Of a DNA stretch of 64,000 nucleotides, positions 35,238 through 45,305 are shown in pieces; positions within the stretch are counted from its first letter, which is position 1, and each line of letters begins with the position of its first letter. Origin of the DNA: an uncultured Methanoregulaceae archaeon. Its GTDB lineage: Archaea > Halobacteriota > Methanomicrobia > Methanomicrobiales > Methanospirillaceae. The stretch is taken from contig OY969564.1 in NCBI GenBank assembly GCA_963701095.1, positions 608,001 to 672,000 on the forward strand, read 5' to 3'. The notes below the pieces were generated by a model that saw only the letters and a program-made list of their open reading frames with translations, ran no database searches and had not been told where the DNA came from. Both the position numbers and the translations under genes were made by a program.

Positions 35238-35798
35238 ATGAAGGTTAATCCAGAGGACTCACTGAAAATAGAAAATATCGTTGCTTCCGCAAAGGTTTGC
35301 GATTATCTCGACCTACCGGCACTTGCATCCAAGATCAAAGACGCTGAATACAATAAGAAACGATTCCCCGGCGTTGTCCTGCGGATGCAGAACCCGAAGA
35401 TCGCCGCGCTCGTCTTTGGATCGGGAAAAGTAGTCCTTACCGGGGCAAAGAGTGTCGACAGCCTTTCAAAAGGCCTAACGATTCTTGGAAACCAGCTCCG
35501 GAGTCTGGATATTGACATCCCAAAGAAACTTACCTATAAGATCCAGAATATTGTCACTTCCGCTGATCTTGCAACAGCGATAAATCTCAACAAGATTGCC
35601 GTGGGATTTAATCTCGACAGGATCGAATATGAACCGGAACAATTCCCGGGCCTCGTGTACCGTCTTGAGAACCCCAAAGTTGTTGTCCTGCTCTTTGGGT
35701 CAGGAAGACTCATTATAACAGGTGGCAAGGAACCTGAAGATGCAAAAAAGGCCGTTATCAAGATCCTCGCTGATCTGCGAAGTCTCGGTCTTATGTAA
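35238..35798 (+). CDS. tbp: TATA-box-binding protein
   Basis: Two TBP repeats (IENIVAS/IQNIVTS; FPGVVLR/EPEQFPGLVYR; LFGSG). GGTGA RBS before ATG 35238. Confidence 0.96.
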   Translation: MKVNPEDSLKIENIVASAKVCDYLDLPALASKIKDAEYNKKRFPGVVLRMQNPKIAALVFGSGKVVLTGAKSVDSLSKGLTILGNQLRSLDIDIPKKLTYKIQNIVTSADLATAINLNKIAVGFNLDRIEYEPEQFPGLVYRLENPKVVVLLFGSGRLIITGGKEPEDAKKAVIKILADLRSLGLM

Positions 35799-35970
35799 CC
35801 TTTTTTGGTAACAGTGATACTTTAATTTTAGATGAAGTGTAATATATCAAGCAACCCATTCACTTGGGCATATAAAAGTTGTGTTTGTTGTTTATCAATA
35901 ACAGAGGATATATATCGCAGGTATGATAAATTATGGTCAAAGAAAGGAAAAAAATGACGGAGGAATGTGC

Positions 35971-36345
35971 ATGAGAACAGAAAATGTAATGTATTTTACG
36001 GAAAAAGAAGAGGAATTCGCAAATCTTCTTGTAGAGATCGGCACGAAGAAGAACGTTGCTAAAGTGCTGGTATTTTTAGCAAATATTCCCGAAGCAACCT
36101 CGCGGGCAATCGAACGTGGAACAGACCTTCGTCAACCAGAGGTTAGTATCGCTATGCGGTACCTGATGGACCAGGGATGGATCACCAGCCGCGAGAGCAA
36201 AGCCGAAAGCAAGGGACGCCCGGTTAAGATCTATGAACTGGCAAAACCCATAACCGATATTATGGACAGTATCGAGAAAGAAAAGAAGAAAGAAGCGACC
36301 AACCAGCTCGCAATGATCCAGAAATTACGTGATTATATCCGCTGA
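35971..36345 (+). CDS. Archaeal winged-HTH transcriptional regulator (COG4738-like)
   Basis: SRAIERGTDLRQPEVSIAM and KGRPVKIY motifs. Confidence 0.8.
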   Translation: MRTENVMYFTEKEEEFANLLVEIGTKKNVAKVLVFLANIPEATSRAIERGTDLRQPEVSIAMRYLMDQGWITSRESKAESKGRPVKIYELAKPITDIMDSIEKEKKKEATNQLAMIQKLRDYIR

Positions 36346-37038
36346 ATTAAAAACCCCACATTTTTTATCATCGCCGACGATTACCGTCGTGTTTCCTAGG
36401 AACCGGGTAAAAAGACCACTCTCGACCACACCGGGGATTGCCGCAATTGCTGCTTCGATGGCAGCCGGGTCCCCGATTTCGTTGAATTGGCAGTCAACAA
36501 TAAAATTTCCATTATCCGTTATTACCGGGCCATCCTTTTTTACCGCTTCGCGAATGAAAGGCCGGCAGCCCAGTCCCCGAAGTTGTGCCATTGCCGGCTT
36601 CGTTGCAAAGGGAAGCGTCTCAACCGGCACTGTACCGGAGAGTTTAGGAACCATCTTCGACTCGTCCACAACAACGATGAACCGGAAAGCCGCTGCAGCC
36701 ACGCATTTTTCCCGGGTAAGCGCTGCTCCTCGTCCCTTGATCATACGGAAGCCGGGATCCACCTGGTCTGCGCCGTCAATAGCGAGATCGAGTACCGGGT
36801 TGTCATCAAGTGTAGTCAGGGGAATGCCGTATTCCCGTGCCCGCATCGCAGTCTGGTAGGATGTGGGAATACCGTAAACCGACAGACCGTCCCGGATCCT
36901 GCCGGAAAGGCATTCGATGGTATGATAGACCGTGGAACCTGTCCCAAGGCCGATGACCATCCCGTCCTCCACCATTCCTGCCGCCATATATCCTGCAGCC
37001 CGTTTCGCCGCGGCAGCTGTATCTGTTATGTCAGCCAT
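36325..37038 (-). CDS. rpiA: Ribose-5-phosphate isomerase A
   Basis: GLGTGST, DGAD, IKGRGAALTREK, ITDNGNFI and GVVESGLF. Confidence 0.95.
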   Translation of the reverse strand: MADITDTAAAAKRAAGYMAAGMVEDGMVIGLGTGSTVYHTIECLSGRIRDGLSVYGIPTSYQTAMRAREYGIPLTTLDDNPVLDLAIDGADQVDPGFRMIKGRGAALTREKCVAAAAFRFIVVVDESKMVPKLSGTVPVETLPFATKPAMAQLRGLGCRPFIREAVKKDGPVITDNGNFIVDCQFNEIGDPAAIEAAIAAIPGVVESGLFTRFLGNTTVIVGDDKKCGVFNSADIIT

Positions 37039-37108
37039 ACTGATGATAGGATTGGGGTGCCGGATAATTAAAACTGGTGAAGACCGGGTACCCGGCGGAG
37101 AGGATCGG

Positions 37109-37891
37109 TTAATCCTGGAAAATTTTCCTTGTACAGGTATCAGCCGCATGGGCTGTACAGTCCAGCGTGATAGGCGTAATCGAGATGTTACCCTTCCTGA
37201 CCGCATGCACATCGGTACCTTCCTCAGCATCTTCAAGGAGGGGTCCATTGATCCAGAAGTATGGCCTCCCCCGGGGATCGAGTCTTTTCTCGACACCGGT
37301 ACGAAAGAGTTTTCGTGCAAGCCGGGTTACTTCGTAGCCGCCTTTAATCTTCGAGGGGATATTTACATTAATGACATCGGCATCCGGGCAGAAACCCGCT
37401 GAAAGCACACGCTCGACCACATCCCGCACAACTTTTTTTGCCTCATCAAAACTCTGGGCTGACTGGCCGGGATCATCGAACTTGTCTCCCTGGTCTTCTA
37501 CCTGCAACGAGAAAGCAATTCCTTTGGTTCCCTGGTTTGATGCTTCCAGAGCTGCACCCATCGTACCTGATGTCATAATCGATTCATACGAGAGATTTTC
37601 GCCTATATTAATACCGCTTACCACAAGCGTGGGTGCAAGCTTGAGTGCATACAACCCGATAATGACTGCATCGGTAGGTTTCCCGGCAACTGCCCAGGCA
37701 GGGATACCGTTGATCCGGATACTGTTTGCCCGGATAGGTTCGAAGATCGAGATCGAGCGGCCAACCGCGCTCTGCTGGGTAGCCGGGGCAACGACCGTAA
37801 CGTCAGCAATGGGGCAAAGCGCCTCATAAGCCGCCCATATACCAAGGGAGTTCACACCGTCGTCATTGGTGAGCAGGATCGCGGGTCTCAT
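37109..37891 (-). CDS. surE: 5'/3'-nucleotidase SurE
   Basis: ILLTNDDG, QQSAVG, VSGINIGEN, SGT.GAA and ISITP. Confidence 0.95.
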   Translation of the reverse strand: MRPAILLTNDDGVNSLGIWAAYEALCPIADVTVVAPATQQSAVGRSISIFEPIRANSIRINGIPAWAVAGKPTDAVIIGLYALKLAPTLVVSGINIGENLSYESIMTSGTMGAALEASNQGTKGIAFSLQVEDQGDKFDDPGQSAQSFDEAKKVVRDVVERVLSAGFCPDADVINVNIPSKIKGGYEVTRLARKLFRTGVEKRLDPRGRPYFWINGPLLEDAEEGTDVHAVRKGNISITPITLDCTAHAADTCTRKIFQD

Positions 37892-38003
37892 AACACGGTA
37901 CTCTTGGAGCAACCTTGCCAAATAACTGATCGATCCGTGCAGATCGCCAATTGGGCATAAACGGATAGGGTAATTTCCTGTAACGTCACAATAGTACCCG
38001 GCT

Positions 38004-38891
38004 ATGAAAGTCCTTCTTGCCGAGTATGCTACGTTCCGTGACCCTGTCCTTGCTTCTGAAGGAAAGGCGATGCTTGATGTCCTGCACCAGAGTTTTACCC
38101 GGTGCGGTTATGAAGTAATTCTTCCCGGTCCCGGGGATTTTCTTGAAGAGATACAACGGCTTTCGCTTACCTGTGAGATGGGCCTTGTAATTGCCCCGGA
38201 TTGCCTGCTTTCGAAATGTACGTTCCCGGTCGAACAGCACTCCCATAACCTTGGCTGCGGCAGCATGAATGCTGCACTCTGCGCTAACAAGGTCACGACC
38301 GGCCGGATCCTCAAAACCCATGGAATTCCAGTCCCGGCAGACGCGCCTTCAGGGAAACACGTCGTTAAACCCATTGCCGGTTGCGGTGCTCAGGGGGTCC
38401 GGCTAACCACCGATGCCCCCCGAAAGGATGAGTTTGCCCAGGAATATATCGAGGGTGAGCACTACTCGGTAAGCATCGTAATAAGCCGGGTCATCGGCGA
38501 AGCCTGCCTGTACTTTTCCGGCAATCCACCACTTATCCTCGCTGTCAACCGGCAGTTTGTAGCCCTCAATGCAGACGGCACGTTCACTTATTCAGGAGGT
38601 GAAACGCCCGTCCATCCCCAGCGGGAACAGGAGATCACTGAAACCGCAGTAAAAGCCGCTGCGATTCTTGGCTGCCAGGGTTACTGCGGCGTCGATGTAG
38701 TGGTCGGAGACCGTGTCTATGTTGTGGACGTAAACCCGAGGATCACTACAAGTCTTGTCGGTATTGCTGCCTGCATGAACGAAGAGATCGCTGCACTGCT
38801 GGTCGGCGCCTCACAGGGAAACATCCCGGACAAAGTGACCTATCGGAGCAGGGTGCGTTTCGACCGGAGCGGGACGGTCACCCCGTTATGA
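38004..38891 (+). CDS. mfnD: ATP-grasp ligase, tyramine--glutamate ligase of methanofuran biosynthesis
   Basis: EGKAML, VIAPD, VKP..GCG, QEYIEG, GYCGVD and DVNPRITTS. Coupled to mfnF. Confidence 0.8.
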   Translation: MKVLLAEYATFRDPVLASEGKAMLDVLHQSFTRCGYEVILPGPGDFLEEIQRLSLTCEMGLVIAPDCLLSKCTFPVEQHSHNLGCGSMNAALCANKVTTGRILKTHGIPVPADAPSGKHVVKPIAGCGAQGVRLTTDAPRKDEFAQEYIEGEHYSVSIVISRVIGEACLYFSGNPPLILAVNRQFVALNADGTFTYSGGETPVHPQREQEITETAVKAAAILGCQGYCGVDVVVGDRVYVVDVNPRITTSLVGIAACMNEEIAALLVGASQGNIPDKVTYRSRVRFDRSGTVTPL

Positions 38892-39823
38892 TCGGTATTG
38901 ACGTCGGCGGGGCAAACCTCAAGGTCGCTGACGATAATGGGATCCACATTCACTATTGCCCTCTCTGGTCCGGGGCACCAATTGCCGGGATCCTTTGCCA
39001 GTACTCCAAGGAGAGGAATACCGGGGCCGCTGTCGTCATGAGCGGTGAACTTGCCGATTGTTTTGAGAACAAGACCCAAGGCATCGCATTCATTGTCAAT
39101 GCAGTCCGGGAGGTTTTTCCAGCAGCCCGGTTCTACGGCACCGACGCCACATTCCATGATCGTCCGGTACCGGAGCTTGCAGCAGCAAACTGGCTCGCTT
39201 CGGCCGATTTTCTGCGTGAAAAATACCCGGATGCCTTGCTTCTCGACATCGGCAGTACGACCGCCGACTTTATCCCGCTCTCCCGTTTTTCTTCCCTTAA
39301 AGGCCTTTCAGACCTCGCACGGCTTCAAAAAGGATACCTTGTGTACACCGGCATGCTCCGGACACCGGTAGCTACCCTTCTTTCTTCCGTAGACCTTGAC
39401 GGGATACCAACCCCGGTCAGCACCGAATATTTTGCTGCGAGTGGCGATGCTCATCTCGTGCTTGGCCATATCAGGGAAAACGATTACAGCTGCGATACCC
39501 CGGACCACAAAGAAAAGACCCGTGGAGCCAGCCTGCGCCGGCTTGCCCGGGTAGTCTGCGCAGACCTCGAAGAGATAGGTGAAAATGGTGCCCGGCAGAT
39601 AGCAGAAGCATTCTGGGAACGGCAGCAGGCGCTGGTTTGTGATGCGGTGCACAGGGTTACGAAAGAGACAGAGACTACCACGGTAGTCGTGGCCGGTTTA
39701 GGTTCGGCACTCTTTGCCCGGGTATTGCGAGGTATTGATCTTTCACAGGAGATAGGACCAGCCGCAGATGCGCTCCCAGCATATGCCGTCAGGGAGGTGG
39801 CACTACGGAAGCATGGAAACTGA
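38888..39823 (+). CDS. mfnF: Hydantoinase A-fold methanofuran biosynthesis protein MfnF
   Basis: MIGIDVGGANLK, VMSGELADCF, AAANW, DIGSTTAD, YTGMLRT and RLARVVCAD. Confidence 0.85.
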   Translation: MIGIDVGGANLKVADDNGIHIHYCPLWSGAPIAGILCQYSKERNTGAAVVMSGELADCFENKTQGIAFIVNAVREVFPAARFYGTDATFHDRPVPELAAANWLASADFLREKYPDALLLDIGSTTADFIPLSRFSSLKGLSDLARLQKGYLVYTGMLRTPVATLLSSVDLDGIPTPVSTEYFAASGDAHLVLGHIRENDYSCDTPDHKEKTRGASLRRLARVVCADLEEIGENGARQIAEAFWERQQALVCDAVHRVTKETETTTVVVAGLGSALFARVLRGIDLSQEIGPAADALPAYAVREVALRKHGN

Positions 39824-39879
39824 GCCTTGGTCTCCTTGCCGGTTCAATCGGCATTACAGCTGTTCTTTGGAGTTTGCAT

Positions 39880-40497
39880 CTACCGTTCTTTTTCCTTTTT
39901 CTCTGCATCCCGATCTTCCCCTTCCTGGGGAAGCGTCAGGTCAAACGCTGTCCGGTGTGTGGATGGGAAACCACAGGCAGCGAGAACTTCTGCCCCGCGG
40001 ACGGGACTGCCCTTCTCGGCCCGGGAGGAGACGGAAGACAATGAGATTACCGAAAGCGGCATCCGGATACCGAAAAGATCCGTGGACGGTACAATGTGAA
40101 CCTGCTTCTGTACATACTGCCGGCAGCTGGTCCGGTCAACAATAATATCCACCGCGTCAAGCCATGCCGCAGTCCGGTTGACCGGCATCATGGTTGCAAG
40201 CGTCAGGCAGAGGTCAACAACCGGTGATCCGATCCGGGTGCCCGGGTAGAACGGTTCATCGGCGTTGACAATACGGCCGCATGAATGGCAGGAAAATCGT
40301 TTGACAGACACGGTGAGGGAACGTTCGTGATCATTTTCACGGACAACAGCAAACACTTTTTTCCGGGTATCGTATCCAGAAACCGCCCCACCACAGACCG
40401 GACAGGAGGCAAGCTCGCTGAAGGTTACCCTGTCAACAGCCAAAAGCCCAGCCTGGACGATCATTGCAAGCATAGGTGGGATGCGGGGACTTTTCAT
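39880..40497 (-). CDS. Hypothetical Zn-ribbon + HTH-like protein
   Basis: CPVCGG...KRFSCHSCG followed by a helical segment (PVNRTAAWL..VDRTSC). Confidence 0.6.
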   Translation of the reverse strand: MKSPRIPPMLAMIVQAGLLAVDRVTFSELASCPVCGGAVSGYDTRKKVFAVVRENDHERSLTVSVKRFSCHSCGRIVNADEPFYPGTRIGSPVVDLCLTLATMMPVNRTAAWLDAVDIIVDRTSCRQYVQKQVHIVPSTDLFGIRMPLSVISLSSVSSRAEKGSPVRGAEVLAACGFPSTHRTAFDLTLPQEGEDRDAEKKEKER

Positions 40498-40635
40498 CAG
40501 GACGCCTTCTTATGACAGGTTAAAATTCAGCACGCAAAAACTGCCCTGAAACCCACCATTAATCATCATATTTTGTAGCGTTTTGATCACCCTTAAATAC
40601 TCCGGTAACAGACCTTTTTTGTTCGAGGTTAGAAC

Positions 40636-42492
40636 ATGGACTTTAAATATGTACCAAGCACCTGTCCCTACTGTGGCAACGGGTGTGGTGTCAACCTTGT
40701 CGTAAAAGACGGCAAAGTTGTCGGGCTCTCCCCGTGGCACCGCAACCCGGTCAACGAGGGAAAGGTCTGTATCCGCGGGAACAAGCCATATGAGTTTGTC
40801 AACAGCCCGGACCGGATTATGGCTCCGCTCGTGAAAAAGGGCGACAAGTTCGAAGAAGTCAGCTGGGAAGACGCCTACAAGGAGATCGCCGCTGCTTTTA
40901 AGGCAGTCAAGGGCGACGCCATCGGTGTTGTCGCTTCTGCAAGGAACAGCAACGAAGACTCTTTTGTCTTAAAACACTTCGCGTCGGACGTGCTCAAGAC
41001 GGCAAACATCGATTACTGCGGCCGCCGGTGTAATGCTGACGCCGTTAAAGGTCTTACCGATGCATTCGGGAATGGTGCAACCACGAATTCGCTTGCCGAT
41101 CTTGAACAGGCAAAGGCAATCCTCATCGTGGGAGCAAACCCGCTCGAAGAGAACCCGCTTGCAGGCCGAAGGGTTATCATTGCCAAACAAAACGGTGCAA
41201 AGATAATCGTCGCCGACTCCCGTAACACGGCAACGGCAAAGCTTGCCGACATCCATATTACCTGCAACCCGGGCACGGGTGTGGCGCTGGTCAACGGTAT
41301 TATCACTGCCATCATCAAGGCAGGTAAAGAGAACAAGGATTACATTGCAAAGCACACCAAGGACTTTGAAAAGGCAAAGGCGGCAGCAGCAGCCTGCACA
41401 CCGGAAGCGGTCGCAAAGGCAGCTGGTATCAGCGCTGATGTTGTCACCCAGGTGGCCGAGATCTTTGCCTCAACACAGCCAGCGGCAGTAGTTACCTCAG
41501 CAGGCGCAGGTGCAGGAGACCTTATCCGGGCCCTTGCAAACCTCCAGATGGTCACCGGTAACGTCGGCAAAGCCGGTGCAGGTGTCAATCTCCTCCGCGG
41601 CAAAAGCAATGCCCAGGGAGCAGCCGATGTCGGCGCAGTTCCCGGAGAGGGCGGTCTCACCGTTCCGGCCATGATCGACGCGGCAGCAGCCGGTAAAATC
41701 AAGGCACTCTATGTAGTCGGTGAAAATATTGCATCCGCAGGTCCTCATGTAGCTGACGCCCTGGCAAAGCTTGACTTCCTGGTTGTCCAGGACCTCTTCA
41801 TGACTGCGACTGCCGCAAAGGCAAACGTTGTCCTGCCCTCAGCCTCTTTTGCAGAGCGCGACGGGACCGTCACCAATGCCGAGCGCCGTGTCCAGCGGGT
41901 CAGGAAAGCCATCGAACCTATCGGCTCCTCCAAACCCGACTGGCAGATTATAAGCGAGATTGCAAAGGCAATGGGTCACGAGAAGGACTTTGCATTCAAG
42001 GACGCAGAAGCTATCTTTAACGAGATTGCAAAGACTGTCCCTGCCTATGCAGGTATCACCTATGCAAAACTCGAAAAACCAGAAGCTGTCCAGTGGCCTG
42101 CCGCCGGGGGCGTGTTTGGCACTCAAATCCTGTACACGGACAAGTTTGGTACAAAGGACGGAAAGGCGGCATTCGCGGCCGTCGAGTACAAGGCCGTCGA
42201 AGCAGCTGGCGGGGAGTTCCCGTTTGCGGCAGCTGCCGTCTGGCCCATGGGCACACTTTCTGCCCACACTTCATCTATCATACGCGAGTGGCCGGTGCCA
42301 AGAGTCGAGATTAACAAAGACGATGCAAAAGCACTGGGTATCCTTGACGGATCATTTGTCAAGGTCACCGGAAAAGCCGGGTCAATTACCCTTACCGCTG
42401 ATGTGACCAAGGATATCAAGAAAGGTGTCGTCGGTTTGCCCGCGAACGTTGGCGCTGCTGTCAAGCTTGAGAAATCCACAGGAGGGAACTAA
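40636..42492 (+). CDS. FdhA-like molybdopterin-oxidoreductase-fold protein, degenerate at active-site and cofactor motifs (ElpA-like)
   Basis: N-terminal CPYCGNGC...C [4Fe-4S] motif and an overall FdhA scaffold. NIDYCGRRCN replaces NIDHCARLCH. Domain IV is truncated. 618 aa. Confidence 0.8.
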   Translation: MDFKYVPSTCPYCGNGCGVNLVVKDGKVVGLSPWHRNPVNEGKVCIRGNKPYEFVNSPDRIMAPLVKKGDKFEEVSWEDAYKEIAAAFKAVKGDAIGVVASARNSNEDSFVLKHFASDVLKTANIDYCGRRCNADAVKGLTDAFGNGATTNSLADLEQAKAILIVGANPLEENPLAGRRVIIAKQNGAKIIVADSRNTATAKLADIHITCNPGTGVALVNGIITAIIKAGKENKDYIAKHTKDFEKAKAAAAACTPEAVAKAAGISADVVTQVAEIFASTQPAAVVTSAGAGAGDLIRALANLQMVTGNVGKAGAGVNLLRGKSNAQGAADVGAVPGEGGLTVPAMIDAAAAGKIKALYVVGENIASAGPHVADALAKLDFLVVQDLFMTATAAKANVVLPSASFAERDGTVTNAERRVQRVRKAIEPIGSSKPDWQIISEIAKAMGHEKDFAFKDAEAIFNEIAKTVPAYAGITYAKLEKPEAVQWPAAGGVFGTQILYTDKFGTKDGKAAFAAVEYKAVEAAGGEFPFAAAAVWPMGTLSAHTSSIIREWPVPRVEINKDDAKALGILDGSFVKVTGKAGSITLTADVTKDIKKGVVGLPANVGAAVKLEKSTGGN

Positions 42493-42494
42493 CC

Positions 42495-43748
42495 ATGACA
42501 AAGAAAGGCGATATGCTCTACGCATGGACCAACGACGCTGAGATCCAGAAGAAAGCCGAACTTGGCGGTGCGGTCACGTCCCTCTGGAAGCACGCGCTTG
42601 AATCCAAGACCATCGACGGCGTCCTCGTCATTTCCAAAGGTAAGGATCTCTACGATGCAAAACCCACGCTCGTAACCGATCCGGCACAGCTTGCAAACAC
42701 GGCAGGCTCACTCCACTGCGGTACGCTCCTCCTGCCCAAACTGATCAAGAAGTACTTTGACGGTGCGGCAAACACCAGAATTGGCGTTACCGTAAAAGGC
42801 TGCGATGCAATGGCGTTCTACGAACTTGCCAAGCGCAAGCAGATCAATCTCGACAATATCTTTATGATCGGTGTCAACTGCGGAGGATCCGTCAGCCCGG
42901 TACTCGCCCGCAAGATGATCGCTGACAAGTACGGTGTTGACCCGGACACGGTCCACAAGGAAGAGATCGACAAGGGCCAGTTTATCATCGAATACGAAGG
43001 CGGCCACAAGGGAATAACCGTCGACGAACTCGAAGAACACGGTTACGGACGCCGGTCCAACTGCCGCCGCTGCAAGATGAAAGTGCCCCGGCAGGCAGAC
43101 CTTGCCTGCGGTAACTGGGGTGTTATCGGGCCCCGTGCCGGCAAAGCGACATTTGTTGAAGTATGCAGCGAGAAAGGTGCAAACCTTCTGGACAGCGCAG
43201 TCAAGAAAGGTATCCTTGCGACAGAAGCAGCAAACCCCAAGGGTCTTGAGATCCGCGGTAAAGTCGAAGGTGCCATGCTCAAGCTCGGCGAGAAGTGGCG
43301 AACCAAAGACTTCACTGGTCTTGGCGAAGGAAAAGAACGCCTCAAGAAGATCATGACCGAAACCTCACGGTGCATCAAGTGCTACTCGTGCATCTCCGCC
43401 TGCCCGATCTGTTACTGTGTTGACTGCACGACCAAGAACCCGGTCTACGTAAAACCCGGCGAAGTCCCGCCAAATTTCATGTTCCACCTTATCCGGTTTG
43501 CCCATATTGCAGACTCCTGCGTGAACTGCGGCCAGTGCCAGGAACTCTGTCCAGCAGAGATTCCGAATGCGCTTTTCATGCACGCCCAGCAGGTCGAACT
43601 CGAAAAGATGTTTGGCCATGTTCCGGGTATCAACATGGAACTTCCGTTGATGGCGTTTGTTGAAGAACGCGAAGAACGCGCCCGGCTTTCAAACACCGGA
43701 AGCGACATGATCTACCAGAACGTGTTCAACCCGGTTCCCAAGAAATAA
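42495..43748 (+). CDS. fdhB: F420-interacting formate dehydrogenase beta subunit (FrhB/FdhB family)
   Basis: GGAVT, GSLHCG, KGCD, IGVNCGG, RRSNCRRC, ADLACGNWG, and two ferredoxin motifs (CIKCYSCISACP; CVNCGQCQELCP). Confidence 0.92.
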   Translation: MTKKGDMLYAWTNDAEIQKKAELGGAVTSLWKHALESKTIDGVLVISKGKDLYDAKPTLVTDPAQLANTAGSLHCGTLLLPKLIKKYFDGAANTRIGVTVKGCDAMAFYELAKRKQINLDNIFMIGVNCGGSVSPVLARKMIADKYGVDPDTVHKEEIDKGQFIIEYEGGHKGITVDELEEHGYGRRSNCRRCKMKVPRQADLACGNWGVIGPRAGKATFVEVCSEKGANLLDSAVKKGILATEAANPKGLEIRGKVEGAMLKLGEKWRTKDFTGLGEGKERLKKIMTETSRCIKCYSCISACPICYCVDCTTKNPVYVKPGEVPPNFMFHLIRFAHIADSCVNCGQCQELCPAEIPNALFMHAQQVELEKMFGHVPGINMELPLMAFVEEREERARLSNTGSDMIYQNVFNPVPKK

Positions 43749-43770
43749 TCTCTTTTTTTTTAAAACCATT

Positions 43771-44823
43771 TCAACAACATTCTGTGAAACAGCGTTTAGC
43801 GGGCACGGTCGTTGGTAATACCGTGCAGTTTCCGGAACATCCGTACCGCGCCCGGGTCGTAGCAGAGGGTTCCGGCAGGGGATCGGTGAACCGCCTGCCA
43901 TCTACGGACTCAAGGATGGCATTAATAGCCGCAGGGTTGCCCGGCCCGTACCCTCCTTCAAGGACAAAGGCGGGTGAAAGACCCGTTGCATCCAGAAGAA
44001 GGCTTGTCAGGGTTCCGTAATCTTCCGGAACAAGACCCATGACACTGAGGGGATCATCGAAAAGCATGTCCTGGCCGGCCGAGACCAGGATAAGATCCGG
44101 ATGCACCCGTTCCAGCACCGGGAAAAAAGATCCGTGAAAACATGGGCAACATCTCCGATCGTGCTTCCCGGCATAAGCGGGGCGTTAACCGTGTAGCCGG
44201 CACCGGGGCCGGTGCCAATTTCCACTGCCGCTCCGGAGTAGGGGAACAATCCCTCTGCATGGACCGAACAGTACACTACCCGGTCGCTTTTTACAAAAAT
44301 TTCCTGGGTACCGTTCCCATGGTGCAGGTCCCAGTCAATAATAGCGACTTTGTCGACGGAATCCAGAGCCCGTGCAGCCGCAACAGCAACATTATTGATA
44401 ATGCAAAACCCCATTGCCCACCCGGGAAGGGCATGATGGCCCGGTGGCCGGACAAAGGCAAAACAGCTCTCCCCGTCCCGTGCACGATCCGCTGCCCTGC
44501 ATGCGGCTCCTGCTGCGTAGGTTGCAACGTCGTAGGACCATGGCGTGATGTACGTATCAGCATCGATAAACCACTGTATTGCCGCAAGGTCCGGGTCTTT
44601 GGTAGTGCCGGTAACGGGAAACGGGCTCAGACTTCGCAGCCATGAGAGGTAGCCGGCCTTGTGGACCCGGCCCAGATCCTCTGCCGTTGCCGCCACAGGA
44701 TCGAGCACCGGAATACCAGACCGGCAAATGCGCAGCAATCGTATGAAGACGTTGAGCAGATTCAGGATGGCCCGGGCAGTCGTGGCGATCATAGACCGGC
44801 CCGGTAATAACGGAGCATTTCAT
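43771..44823 (-). CDS. Histone deacetylase/AcuC-family amidohydrolase (two probable sequencing frameshifts near 44721 and 44124)
   Basis: HPE..RL, RPPGHHA, GFC..NN, DWDLHHGNGTQ, SAGQD..DDPL and LEGGY. Confidence 0.88.
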
Positions 44824-44960
44824 ACTGCACCATCGGCCCCGATTCGGACACGGAGATGATATGTTTGTGAGCTGATGAATATTACGACACACACCGTAAT
44901 CAGGACAATCTCAAAAGGAATAGAGAGAGATAAAACGTTAAAAAAGAAAACAAACCCTTT

Positions 44961-45287
44961 CTATTCTTTTGACTTCCGTATCATCTGGACTTTCTGAAGG
45001 GTAATCTGGCCATGCTCGATGTATTTTTCGATCTCCGGGAGAACCGCCATAATTTTCTCTTCTTCATCAACAATCTCAAGGGTAACCGGCAGATCGAGGG
45101 AGAGCCCGATCACGTCGACCGTATGGACAACGCTCTCGTGGCCAAACCCTGCCATCCCCCGATAAACGGTACATCCCGGAAACCCCTTTTCCTTGAAATA
45201 GTTCACCAGGAATTTGTATGCGGGCCGGTCTTCAATCTTGGCCGATTCAGCGATATAAATTTTGAGTAATATCCCGTCCATTATCAT
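44961..45287 (-). CDS. DUF190 PII-like protein (CrcB-associated)
   Basis: LKIYIAE, GCTVYRGMAGFG and LSLDLPV.LEIVD. Confidence 0.88.
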   Translation of the reverse strand: MIMDGILLKIYIAESAKIEDRPAYKFLVNYFKEKGFPGCTVYRGMAGFGHESVVHTVDVIGLSLDLPVTLEIVDEEEKIMAVLPEIEKYIEHGQITLQKVQMIRKSKE

Positions 45288-45305
45288 ACGATAACCTCCG
45301 TTTTT

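Noticed and set aside
37039..37320. N-terminal extension of RpiA (similarly TBP 35076-35237 and Pth2 24652-24726)
   Set aside because: These are ORF-caller extensions overlapping neighbours or promoters. Homology begins at the downstream ATG.
40636..42492. Selenocysteine-containing FdhA
   Set aside because: There is no in-frame TGA, and the active-site position is a TGT Cys codon.
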